Position numbers and translations under genes: made by a program. From positions 124,001-188,000 of IMG/VR virus record IMGVR_UViG_3300031344_000002: 64,000 nucleotides of DNA; one strand, given 5' to 3'. Below the pieces are notes generated by a model, which was not told where the DNA came from, searched no databases, and saw only the letters and a list, made by a program, of their open reading frames with translations. Each line of letters opens with the position of its first letter. The first letter of the stretch is position 1. This document shows, piece after piece, positions 20,959 through 30,111 of the stretch.

Positions 20959-21144
20959 ATGAGTTTAATAAGTATTTTAATTGTACTAATCGTAGTAGGA
21001 ATTCTCCTATGGCTTGTTAATACATACATCCCATTAGACGGAAAAATTAAACAAATTCTTAATATCGTAGTAATAATTGCTATAGTGGTATGGTTACTTA
21101 AGGCATTTGGACTATTTGCTTATTTAAAAGGCATACACTTTTAA
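20959..21144 (+). CDS. Thivi_2564-family membrane protein
   Basis: IVLIVVGILLWLVNTYIPLDGKIKQILNIVV. Confidence 0.75.
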   Translation: MSLISILIVLIVVGILLWLVNTYIPLDGKIKQILNIVVIIAIVVWLLKAFGLFAYLKGIHF

Positions 21145-21232
21145 AAACAATTCTTTTATTTTTAAGAAATGAATGAATGGGATAATTATGTATTTATTCC
21201 ATCCATTTTTTGGATATTTCATTTATTTGTTA

Positions 21233-21240
21233 TATATTTG
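21233..21240 (+). promoter_or_regulatory. Bacteroidota primary-sigma -7 box TAnnTTTG (representative; also at 27696, 32509, 40344, 43008, 50461, 63211 on +, and 11349, 16836 on -)
   Basis: intergenic and co-oriented with the downstream gene at each site. Confidence 0.6.
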
Positions 21241-21307
21241 TCAAACTTTTTAATAAAATATTGTAACCTTTATTATGGAAGATTCGTATTATAGAATAAA
21301 AAATATT

Positions 21308-21526
21308 ATGAATATAATTAAAGTTAGTGGATTTCATATTTTCTCCAAAGGAGATGTAACAATTGATACGAATGATATTCAATGGAAATTACAAGATAAT
21401 TTTTATTTTGATAATGAAGAAGAACTTGAAGTTTTTCAAAAAGACATAAAAACTTTGTTTGAAAATTATTGTGGTGAAGTTACTGTAAAAACTTTTGAAG
21501 AAGTCGATGGAAGCAATATTAAATAA
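21308..21526 (+). CDS. hypothetical protein
   Basis: ORF track; start moved downstream of the promoter motif. Confidence 0.5.
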   Translation: MNIIKVSGFHIFSKGDVTIDTNDIQWKLQDNFYFDNEEELEVFQKDIKTLFENYCGEVTVKTFEEVDGSNIK

Positions 21527-22094
21527 ATATAATTCGGTCCTATTCTTAGATATTGATGGTGTAGTAAATTCGGAGCTATTTTATAAAGAAAAATTTGCGC
21601 ATTTGGATAAATATAATAACATACCTTTATATAGGGTAGTAAAAAAACATTTACTTAAATTGGTTAAATCAAAAGAAATTTTGGAATTGGATTTTTATAA
21701 AAGTCAAATGTGTTCAATTCGAATTGGTTGGTTAAATGCATTATGTGAAGAAACTAATTCAGCAGTTGTTCTTTCAGCTTCAATGAGAAGTCATCATGAT
21801 GTGGAAAAATTAAATCAGATTTTTAAATATTGTGGAGCGACATTCACAATTATTGATAAAACCCCATATACTGGATATGAAAGAGGAACTGAAATTAGTA
21901 AATGGTTAAAAGAAAATTGTATGAAATGGTTTGGTGTTCATTATTATGATTTTTATCGTTTCGCTATAATTGATGACGATAGTGATGTTCTTTTAAATCA
22001 ACAATTTAACTTTTTTCAAACAGATAATTATTCAGGTTTAACCCCAAATATTTGTTATAGAATAAAAAGATTTTTAACACATAAAACATTTTAG
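21507..22094 (+). CDS. HAD phosphatase, HAD_SAK_2 family
   Basis: FLDIDGVVNS, VVLSAS, RGTEI..WL, IIDDDSD. Confidence 0.85.
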   Translation: MEAILNKYNSVLFLDIDGVVNSELFYKEKFAHLDKYNNIPLYRVVKKHLLKLVKSKEILELDFYKSQMCSIRIGWLNALCEETNSAVVLSASMRSHHDVEKLNQIFKYCGATFTIIDKTPYTGYERGTEISKWLKENCMKWFGVHYYDFYRFAIIDDDSDVLLNQQFNFFQTDNYSGLTPNICYRIKRFLTHKTF

Positions 22095-22096
22095 AT

Positions 22097-22321
22097 ATGA
22101 AAAAAATTATATTTTTTTTATTTGTTGTACTAATTACAATAGATACATTTTTTATTATTAAAATTAAACAAAAACATGATAGTTTTAAACCAAATTACGA
22201 GCAAGGACTTCGGGATGGTTTTATAAGAACTTTAAAATATCTTGAACATAAAAATTATCTTACAAAAGATACTGTTATAATTAAAAACAGAGAAATTGAT
22301 AGTATTTTACATCCAAAATAA
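22097..22321 (+). CDS. small membrane-anchored protein
   Basis: N-terminal TM. Confidence 0.5.
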   Translation: MKKIIFFLFVVLITIDTFFIIKIKQKHDSFKPNYEQGLRDGFIRTLKYLEHKNYLTKDTVIIKNREIDSILHPK

Positions 22322-22327
22322 ATAATT

Positions 22328-22519
22328 ATGAGTAATATTAGGATTCAATCAACAATTAGACAAGGAAATGTCTATATTAGACAAAGTGATATCATTAAAT
22401 CATTATATTCTGATTTAGCAAATGCTACTGATGATATTCTTAAAAAATATTTAAGAGCGCAAATTGAATTATGGGAAGAATATGAAATAAATATTTTGAA
22501 ACAAGCAAATTTATTATAA
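22328..22519 (+). CDS. hypothetical protein
   Basis: ORF track. Confidence 0.5.
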   Translation: MSNIRIQSTIRQGNVYIRQSDIIKSLYSDLANATDDILKKYLRAQIELWEEYEINILKQANLL

Positions 22520-22521
22520 TT

Positions 22522-23271
22522 ATGATAAAGTTTTTAATTCAAAAAATCAATAAAGAAATTAGACATGATTTTGCATTTACATTGCTTGAATCTGTAAATT
22601 ATAATAATTGGTATAATCCCGCATCAAATATGCGTGTAATGTTCTTTAATACTAAAGCTGAACAAACAGATTTTGTGTTCAATGAACGATTTCATACTTA
22701 TATTCCTATTGGTAGTGTTGAATTTGTATCAGCATTTTTACGACAATTTTATAATAAAGAATTAAAACCATTAAATGTTCCTGAAGAATTATTTGGTTTC
22801 GCAGGTCGTGATATACTTAATGGTAATCAAATGTCTTTAAATGAAACTAATGTTGGTACATATTTTATTAAAAGTAATGATAAAATAAAAGGATTTACTG
22901 AAGTAATTAGAATGGACTCTAAGCATTTAGTAAATATTCCAATAGGTAATTATCAAATATCAGAATATATAATCATTGATAGTGAATGGCGTGCATTTGT
23001 GTATCAAAATAAATTAGTTGGATTACAAAACTATTTGGGAGATTTTACCATGTTCCCAAATATTAATAAAATTAATGGCATGATTAAAGCATTTAAATCA
23101 GCACCTATTGCATATACTCTTGATGTGGGTATTAGTAATTCAGATACATTTGTAGTTGAATGCAATTCTATGACAAGTGTTGGTCTTTATGGATTTTCTG
23201 ACTATAGAATATTACCACATATGTTTTATAGATGGTTTTATCAATACGTAAGAAATATTAAAAATAAATAA
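22522..23271 (+). CDS. ATP-grasp protein (DUF4343/R2K-like)
   Basis: PIGSVEFV, FIKS..KIK, SEWRAFV, YTLDVG, VVECN..SVGLYG. Confidence 0.75.
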   Translation: MIKFLIQKINKEIRHDFAFTLLESVNYNNWYNPASNMRVMFFNTKAEQTDFVFNERFHTYIPIGSVEFVSAFLRQFYNKELKPLNVPEELFGFAGRDILNGNQMSLNETNVGTYFIKSNDKIKGFTEVIRMDSKHLVNIPIGNYQISEYIIIDSEWRAFVYQNKLVGLQNYLGDFTMFPNINKINGMIKAFKSAPIAYTLDVGISNSDTFVVECNSMTSVGLYGFSDYRILPHMFYRWFYQYVRNIKNK

Positions 23272-23445
23272 TAATATGAAAAATAAAAATATGAATCGTT
23301 TTTGTGAATATCATGTATATACAAAAGAAAATCCTGATGGAACTGATTGCGCAGCACATTTAGCTGAAGCAAGAGTTTTTAAATGTCCATATGACATTGA
23401 AAAGGCAAAACAAAAATGTTCGGATTATGAATCAATAAAAGATAT

Positions 23446-24825
23446 ATGAAAATTAAACAGATTTTTGACGAAATTGCTAATGAATCGAGTACTAATGAGA
23501 AGATGAATATCCTTTCAAAGTATAAAGATAATGAACTTTTAGTACGAGTATTATATTTAGCTAATTCAAAACGAATTAAGTTCTATATTAAGCAAATTCC
23601 TTCACATTCTGGAAGTTTAAAAATGTCATTAACTGGTGCGCTAGATTTGTTGTCGACTTTGAGTGATAGAAGTGTTACTGGTTATGATGCAATAGCACAT
23701 TTAATAAATATACTTAATTCAGTTGACCCCGATGATGGATATATTATTGAACGTATTATTGAAAAGGATTGCAAAATTGGTATGGGAACTAGAAATATCA
23801 ATAAGGTGATTCCTGATTTAATAGAACGAACTGGTTATATGGGTTGTAAGCCATATTCAAAGGAATTAATTAATAAATTGTTAGCTAAAGGTACTTGTTA
23901 TAGTCAAGAAAAAATGGATGGTAGATTTGTTAATATTATTATTCAAGGTGGAGAAGTATTGAATGAATCTCGTCAAGGTGAACCAACATTATTAGATAAT
24001 CCAGCATTTATGCAGGAATTAACGCAATTAAAAGATTGTGTATTGAATGCTGAATTAACTATGGGCAAATACAATGGAATTCCAATTTCACGCTATGAAA
24101 GTAATGGAATTATTGCATCTTTAATAAGTATAGCCAATAAAAAATCTGCTGGCGATGATGTTACAAAAGATATTCAAAAACTTGAAGCTAAACATTTACC
24201 ATATAGAGAAGCATTAGATTTAATTCGAGTTACTGCTTGGGATATTTTAACTATTGATGAATATTTTACAAGGAAATGTAATAGGAAATATAAAGAAAGA
24301 TTTGTAGATTTAAATTCAACCTTACAAGGATTTAAAATGTTATCGGTTGTTGAAACTAGAGAAGTTTCTACCATTGAAGAAGTAATGGCACATTTTAATG
24401 AAATTGTTTCTCGTGGTAATGAAGGTACTGTCGTTAAAAGTATGGATGGAGTATGGGCAGATACAAAACCTTCATATCAAGTGAAAATTAAACTGGAAAT
24501 TAATTTAGATTTAAAAATTGTTGGATTTAATTATGGAACAGGAAAGAATTTAAAACTGATTTCATCACTTAATGTTGAATCCGAAGATGGTTTATTAAAA
24601 ACTTCACCAACCGGAATAAATGAAGATGATATGGAATATATTACCACTAATCAAGATAAATTATTAAATACAATTGTTGAAGTTAAATGTTCTGGTTTGT
24701 CACAAGATAGTAGGGGAAATTATTCAGCACTTCATCCTGTTTTTAAATTACTTAGAACAGATAAGACAATTGCCAATACATTAACAGAATGTATTGAAAT
24801 TAATAAATCCTCATCATTACTATAA
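23446..24825 (+). CDS. ATP-dependent DNA ligase (T4 gp30-like)
   Basis: QEKMDG motif I, EGTVVK, VKIK, C-terminal OB fold with HPVF..LRTDK. Confidence 0.92.
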   Translation: MKIKQIFDEIANESSTNEKMNILSKYKDNELLVRVLYLANSKRIKFYIKQIPSHSGSLKMSLTGALDLLSTLSDRSVTGYDAIAHLINILNSVDPDDGYIIERIIEKDCKIGMGTRNINKVIPDLIERTGYMGCKPYSKELINKLLAKGTCYSQEKMDGRFVNIIIQGGEVLNESRQGEPTLLDNPAFMQELTQLKDCVLNAELTMGKYNGIPISRYESNGIIASLISIANKKSAGDDVTKDIQKLEAKHLPYREALDLIRVTAWDILTIDEYFTRKCNRKYKERFVDLNSTLQGFKMLSVVETREVSTIEEVMAHFNEIVSRGNEGTVVKSMDGVWADTKPSYQVKIKLEINLDLKIVGFNYGTGKNLKLISSLNVESEDGLLKTSPTGINEDDMEYITTNQDKLLNTIVEVKCSGLSQDSRGNYSALHPVFKLLRTDKTIANTLTECIEINKSSSLL

Positions 24826-24840
24826 TTAATTAAAAATATT

Positions 24841-25056
24841 ATGATAAAATTTTTAAAAGAAAATGGTTATCCAATGACAATATTTATTGAAACTTCAAAA
24901 ATAATAGACCTTGAAAATGAATTTAATGAATTCGAATCAATAGTTACTGATAAAAAAAGTAATGAAATATTAAGATTTAGTCATCATAATTTACGTGATA
25001 GAATTCATTGGGTATCTGGATTCTTCACTGCATTAAGAATGAATAATGGAAATTAA
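24841..25056 (+). CDS. hypothetical protein
   Basis: ORF track. Confidence 0.5.
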   Translation: MIKFLKENGYPMTIFIETSKIIDLENEFNEFESIVTDKKSNEILRFSHHNLRDRIHWVSGFFTALRMNNGN

Positions 25057-25336
25057 AGGAACTTATAAATTAATATATAGCGTAGATAAACATGAAGAAG
25101 AATTACGAGTTGATGTTGAATTAAAACCAAACGAATTTCCATTAAAACCTTTTCAAAATGTTTATCGTGGCATTGCTTATGTAAACGGTTCAATATATAA
25201 TGGAATTGATATTTCTCATTCAGTAAATGCTAAATTTGCTGCAGAAGAAATTGGTTTAAATTTAAAAGAAGAATTAAAGAAAAATTTGCGACAAGAAGGT
25301 AAAAGTTTTAGATTAAAAAAAGAAGAAATAAAATGA
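25046..25336 (+). CDS. hypothetical protein
   Basis: ORF track. Confidence 0.5.
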   Translation: MEIKGTYKLIYSVDKHEEELRVDVELKPNEFPLKPFQNVYRGIAYVNGSIYNGIDISHSVNAKFAAEEIGLNLKEELKKNLRQEGKSFRLKKEEIK

Positions 25337-25650
25337 TAAATGAAGAATTTAAAGAACGGTTATTAAAAGAAATAATTCTTTGTAAAGAATTAAAAGAACT
25401 TACTATTGAAATTAAAGATTTGTTTTTCGAACTAATTAATAGTGAAATCGAAAAACGAGATATGAAAAGATTTAAATTAAATGAAGAAGAAAAAATTATT
25501 TTCGAAAATAATGCATATATTGCATGTAATAATAATGCATTAAAATTTAACTCAAATAAAACTAATAATGCATATGCATATGTAGTAACAATTATTAGAT
25601 GTTCTTTTTCAGATACAATTGTAAAAAGAAGAAAAGGTCTTGAAATTTAA
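25333..25650 (+). CDS. small protein resembling region 2 of T4 gp55-type sigma factors
   Basis: KFNSNKTNNAYAYVVTIIRCSF resembles F.P.KS.N.FAY.T.I...F. Confidence 0.4.
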   Translation: MINEEFKERLLKEIILCKELKELTIEIKDLFFELINSEIEKRDMKRFKLNEEEKIIFENNAYIACNNNALKFNSNKTNNAYAYVVTIIRCSFSDTIVKRRKGLEI

Positions 25651-25675
25651 AACTAAAATAATTTTAATATAAAAT

Positions 25676-26680
25676 ATGAAAAGTTTTACTGAAATTGGTC
25701 AATATCGACAAGTAGTTAGAGAAGTTAAATCACATCATGATTATACTGGTAAAGATGAAAATGGCGATGCCATATATAGTCATACATCTCCATATCCAGT
25801 ATTAACATTTCGTGGTACAGTTAAATTGCATGGAACTAATAGTTCTATTGTTAAATACATTAATGATGGTCAGATTAAATATGATTTTCAAAGTAGAGAA
25901 AGAATAATAGATTTGACCGGAAAAGATGGGGATAATTGTGGTTTCATGAGAGAATTTCAAAAAAAAGATTATCAAAAACTTTTTGATGATATTGATTGTA
26001 AATCATCAATTGCAATTTTTGGCGAATGGTGTGGAAATGGTATTCAAAAGGGCGTTGCAATTGTAGAATTGCCAAAAATGTTTGTAATATTTGCGGTTAA
26101 AATCGATGATGTATATCAAGATATGAATAGCTTCAAACATTTAAAAAATGAAGAACAAAATATTTACAATATTTTACAATTTCCTACATTTTCAATTGAT
26201 ATTGATTTTAACAATCCTGAATTAATTCAAAATAAATTGGTTGAATTAACCACTAATGTTGAAAAAGAATGCCCTGTTGCTAAACAATTTGGTATTACTG
26301 GTATTGGAGAAGGAATTGTTTGGGAACACATCAATGGCAATGAAAGATATATTTTTAAAGTTAAAGGTGAAAAACATCAAAATAGTAAAGTAAAAACTCT
26401 CACAACAGTTAATGTTGAAGAAATTGAAAACATTAAAACATTTGTTGAATATGCAGTAACTGAAAATAGATTATTGCAAGGAATTGATAAAATGAGAGAA
26501 CTTGGTTTACCTATTGAAAGTAAAACCACTGGTGATTATTTAAGATGGGTTTATAATGATGTTATTAAAGAAGAAAGTGATACTATTGCAGAAAATAATA
26601 TTGATGTAAAGAAAATAGGTTCTGCAATTTCAGCAAAAGCCAGAATGTTTTGGTTAAATTATTTAAACACGCATTTATAA
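25676..26680 (+). CDS. RNA ligase, Rnl2 family
   Basis: VKLHGTN, QSR, FGEWCG, GEGIVW, FKVKGEKH. Confidence 0.88.
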   Translation: MKSFTEIGQYRQVVREVKSHHDYTGKDENGDAIYSHTSPYPVLTFRGTVKLHGTNSSIVKYINDGQIKYDFQSRERIIDLTGKDGDNCGFMREFQKKDYQKLFDDIDCKSSIAIFGEWCGNGIQKGVAIVELPKMFVIFAVKIDDVYQDMNSFKHLKNEEQNIYNILQFPTFSIDIDFNNPELIQNKLVELTTNVEKECPVAKQFGITGIGEGIVWEHINGNERYIFKVKGEKHQNSKVKTLTTVNVEEIENIKTFVEYAVTENRLLQGIDKMRELGLPIESKTTGDYLRWVYNDVIKEESDTIAENNIDVKKIGSAISAKARMFWLNYLNTHL

Positions 26681-26722
26681 TGGAAAAAAAATTAATTAAA
26701 TCAAATATAAAAAAGTAATATT

Positions 26723-27196
26723 ATGAAAAAAACATTATTAACAATTATGATTCTATCACTTTCATTAGTGGTAATGGCACAAAATCCTTTTAAGTATTTT
26801 TTTAAATCGAATAATGAGATTGAAACTAGTACCAATACTTTAAAATCGGGAATGCTCAATACAACTCCAGTTCCAATCCCACAATGGTTTTTTAAATTAG
26901 ATGGGTCAGTATCTCTTTTAAGATTTCAGTATGTTGGAGGTACGCAAGGAGTAGAAGTAAGTACTTTCAAAATGGTTGGATTGGGAGTTTCTTATCAAGA
27001 AATTAAAATTATAAATAGCAAAAATTATGCCGATTTAACATTAAAGATTTTACTTGATTTACCTACAATAAATAATGAAAAAATGGGCGGATGTTTTGGA
27101 GTATCTTTATGGGATAATAAAATTGGTGCAATCATTGGTTATACTGTAGATGAAAAATATCCTTTTCTGGGCATAAACGGTAGTTATAACTTTTAA
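26723..27196 (+). CDS. secreted protein, possible small outer-membrane beta-barrel
   Basis: signal peptide (VMA-Q), amphipathic strands, terminal GSYNF. Confidence 0.5.
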   Translation: MKKTLLTIMILSLSLVVMAQNPFKYFFKSNNEIETSTNTLKSGMLNTTPVPIPQWFFKLDGSVSLLRFQYVGGTQGVEVSTFKMVGLGVSYQEIKIINSKNYADLTLKILLDLPTINNEKMGGCFGVSLWDNKIGAIIGYTVDEKYPFLGINGSYNF

Positions 27197-27324
27197 ATAT
27201 TTTATAAATAATTAACGCAATTAAAAAAATAAAAAATTATAAAAATATTATACTTAATTATCAAGGATACTAACATCATTATTTTCATTTTAACATATAA
27301 TTAATCCTTCTTCCTTTTCAAAAA

Positions 27325-27334
27325 AGTATTTATA
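27325..27334 (+). promoter_or_regulatory. AGTATTTATA motif, candidate late promoter (also at 41102, 41879, 50226, variant at 4257 on +, and 10583-10592 on -)
   Basis: recurrent and intergenic, usually ~20-30 nt before an ATG. Confidence 0.5.
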
Positions 27335-27348
27335 ATAAACTGTTTATT

Positions 27349-27630
27349 ATGAATGCTGTATCGTCAATTATCGCAAACATTAGTTTAAAGAAAATAGTAG
27401 ACTTAATGGCTGTTTATATTCATGAACAAGCGTTAGAAATTCGAAAAGAAAATAATATTGAAGATGGTCATATAAAAATATATTCCGATTATGTCGTTTA
27501 CCCAACAAATAATAATGAATATTATGCCTTTCATTATGTCGTTCATGTTGATAATCAAAGTGAAAGGTTTTTCATAGTATCTTGGACTCCTTCAACAGAA
27601 GATGAATTCTTAGACTCAATTAAATATTAA
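27349..27630 (+). CDS. hypothetical protein
   Basis: ORF track. Confidence 0.55.
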   Translation: MNAVSSIIANISLKKIVDLMAVYIHEQALEIRKENNIEDGHIKIYSDYVVYPTNNNEYYAFHYVVHVDNQSERFFIVSWTPSTEDEFLDSIKY

Positions 27631-27639
27631 CCGTATATT

Positions 27640-27665
27640 TGTAACATTATTTATTTTTTTTCGTA
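27640..27665 (+). promoter_or_regulatory. ECF-sigma-like promoter TG(T/C)AAC-N16-CGTA (representative; also at 36874, 37929, 42113, 47245, 48549, 54456; N17 variant at 21262)
   Basis: bipartite motif with fixed spacing, always intergenic and upstream of a co-oriented gene. Confidence 0.7.
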
Positions 27666-27724
27666 ATATATAGTATTGTTATTGAAATATTTATTTATCT
27701 TTGTCAAACAAAAAATAAAATGAA

Positions 27725-28615
27725 ATGAGAAAAGCATCTTGTGATAATGGAATAATCATTCATGAAAATAAATTTATTGGTATTTCGCTTGGTTATGATT
27801 ATTGTGCAGAACATGAGGGCGGTATTAAAGGAATAAAACGTATTGTTGGAATTCCAGAATCCTCCAAAGAAAATATTGGTGTTAAAAGTCGTAGCATAAC
27901 CATTTGTCCAAAAAATCTTATTTTCAAAGAAGAAATTGATGGTAAAGAAAAATATGCAACACTTATAATTGCATATATGGGATGGAATGAAGAAATTGAT
28001 GAAGGTCTTCCACATGACCTAATAAATTATAAGGATGATATAAAATGGAATATTAAATGGAGTAAAGGTAATCCTAATAGCGAGAAAAAAGACCAATTAA
28101 TTACTGCATGGGATGAAAATAGTTTTGGTATTGCAGTAATGGGTGAAAAAGAAGTTAGCTATCTTAAAGAACTTCATAAAGCATTTCAAAATAAAAATAT
28201 TACAATTGCCAGATTAAATTTTGGCGGTATAAATCCTTTTAGTAATGCAAGTCTATCTATATTAATAGCTGACCGTTTACCACAGATTGCATTAGATGGT
28301 TTTCTTCATTCCGATAAAGAACTTTATGACCGTGAAGATTATGAAGAAAAAATTGGTATGAAAGAAATAATCAAAAAATATGGCAATAAAAACGGTAATA
28401 AATATTTCTTGGCTTGTAGTCCTAAATGGATTGATTATGATAATGTGGATGCTCGTGAAAAAACTAAAACAGAATTAAAAACCGAGTATGACATCCGATA
28501 TTGGATTAATTATAGTGATGATGATAATAATTTTGGCTGGTATACTGTTGAAGAAATTAGAAAATGGTTAACAACGCCTAATTTACATCTTGTACAAATT
28601 AGAAAAAGAAAATGA
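27725..28615 (+). CDS. hypothetical protein
   Basis: 296-aa ORF. Confidence 0.6.
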   Translation: MRKASCDNGIIIHENKFIGISLGYDYCAEHEGGIKGIKRIVGIPESSKENIGVKSRSITICPKNLIFKEEIDGKEKYATLIIAYMGWNEEIDEGLPHDLINYKDDIKWNIKWSKGNPNSEKKDQLITAWDENSFGIAVMGEKEVSYLKELHKAFQNKNITIARLNFGGINPFSNASLSILIADRLPQIALDGFLHSDKELYDREDYEEKIGMKEIIKKYGNKNGNKYFLACSPKWIDYDNVDAREKTKTELKTEYDIRYWINYSDDDNNFGWYTVEEIRKWLTTPNLHLVQIRKRK

Positions 28616-28732
28616 ATGTAATTGATGATATTTTTAAAATTCTTTTTCTTGTTATTATATTTGTACTATTACTGTATGTGGGACATGTAATTAAACATGA
28701 AAAAGAAAAAAAAATTAAATTGAAATAAACAA

Positions 28733-29299
28733 ATGGAAGAAGAAAAAGTATTGGAATATAGAATGTATTTCTTTGTGCCTTATAATGTTAGCGAGATACA
28801 AAAAAGTTTACAAGCCGGGCATTCGGCATTAGAATATGCTCAAAGATATGGTCAATCAGAAGAATTTAAGAATTTTATGAATGATAAAACTTGGATTATC
28901 TTAAATGGCGGTACAACTAATGATGAAAGGGATTTTAATGAAATTGCATTAGGAACTCTAAATCAAATTGCTGATGGTTTATTGGAGAATGATATACAAT
29001 TCTCATATTTTCGTGAACCAGACCTTAATAATGCACTTACTGCAGTTTGTTTCATTTGTGATGAAAGAGTATTTAACGGAAAAGATTATCCAGATTTTGT
29101 GGATTATATTCTTGATATCAAAATGTATACCAAAACAGAAGCAGCAACACCCGCAGAAAATATGATTATGTTAAAAATAAAAACTAATGAAGAATTAATA
29201 ATAATGTTTCCAGAATATTATAAAGAATGGGTGCGCTTTATTGGTGGAATTAAGAATGTATTTCTACGTGAATTAATTAAAGATAAAAAATTAGCATAA
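28733..29299 (+). CDS. peptidyl-tRNA hydrolase Pth2-like protein
   Basis: QAGHSA..., WIILN, FREPDLNNALTAV motifs. Confidence 0.65.
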   Translation: MEEEKVLEYRMYFFVPYNVSEIQKSLQAGHSALEYAQRYGQSEEFKNFMNDKTWIILNGGTTNDERDFNEIALGTLNQIADGLLENDIQFSYFREPDLNNALTAVCFICDERVFNGKDYPDFVDYILDIKMYTKTEAATPAENMIMLKIKTNEELIIMFPEYYKEWVRFIGGIKNVFLRELIKDKKLA

Positions 29300-29336
29300 A
29301 TAACAAATAAAATTAACTTTTAAATAAATTATTAAT

Positions 29337-29744
29337 ATGGAAAAAGAAATAAAGATTAACGTACCAGATGGTTTTGAAATTGATAAAGATAATTCTACTT
29401 TTGAATTAATTAAATTCAAACCTGTTGTAAATAAGGAAGATAAGAATAAATCTATGTCAGATTTCTTATTTCAGATGTTTAATAATGCTGTATGCAAAAT
29501 TACTGGTGAAAAAGAATTAATATATTATAAATTAGATGGATATAATCCAAATTCTGATAATAATAAGTGGTTATTTCAACAGGATTGGAAAAGTGGTAGA
29601 CTTTGGATAAGATATACTTTAATTTGGCAAATTTTCGAAGAAAGATTTGGTCTTAACTACGAGCAAATCAGAGATTTCATTCAAGATTGGGTGGAAACCA
29701 ACCTAAATTGGAAGGGTTTAACACCCCAACGATTCTTGCCATAG
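29337..29744 (+). CDS. array-associated protein A, whose C-terminus is encoded by repeat 1 and spacer 1 of array 1
   Basis: 135 aa ending ...IQDWVETNLNWKGLTP-QRFLP*; paralog of 30748-31161. Confidence 0.8.
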   Translation: MEKEIKINVPDGFEIDKDNSTFELIKFKPVVNKEDKNKSMSDFLFQMFNNAVCKITGEKELIYYKLDGYNPNSDNNKWLFQQDWKSGRLWIRYTLIWQIFEERFGLNYEQIRDFIQDWVETNLNWKGLTPQRFLP

Positions 29745-30055
29745 ACTATTTTTTTGGTGGAAACCAACCTAAATTGGAAGGGTTTAACACCTGTAATTGG
29801 TGTTGAGATAAGTGCCAAAATGGTGGAAACCAACCTAAATTGGAAGGGTTTAACACCTGTAAATGCAATCTTTCTAAAGGAAGTAAAGGTGGAAACCAAC
29901 CTAAATTGGAAGGGTTTAACACCTAAACATCCTTATAGTCATCTTGTGTTCGGGGTGGAAACCAACCTAAATTGGAAGGGTTTAACACCACATAGACATT
30001 GACATAATCTGCGTTATACGGTGGAAACCAACCTAAATTGGAAGGGTTTAACATA
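29690..30055. CRISPR. CRISPR-like array 1: six 36-nt repeats and five 30-nt spacers; no cas genes
   Basis: GGTGGAAACCAACCTAAATTGGAAGGGTTTAACACC at 29690, 29756, 29822, 29888, 29954, 30020 (last ends TA instead of CC); spacers unique. Confidence 0.9.
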
Positions 30056-30111
30056 TTGATTGTAAAAATAATAACAATAATATCAACAACTGAAACTAAA
30101 TTTGAAGAATA

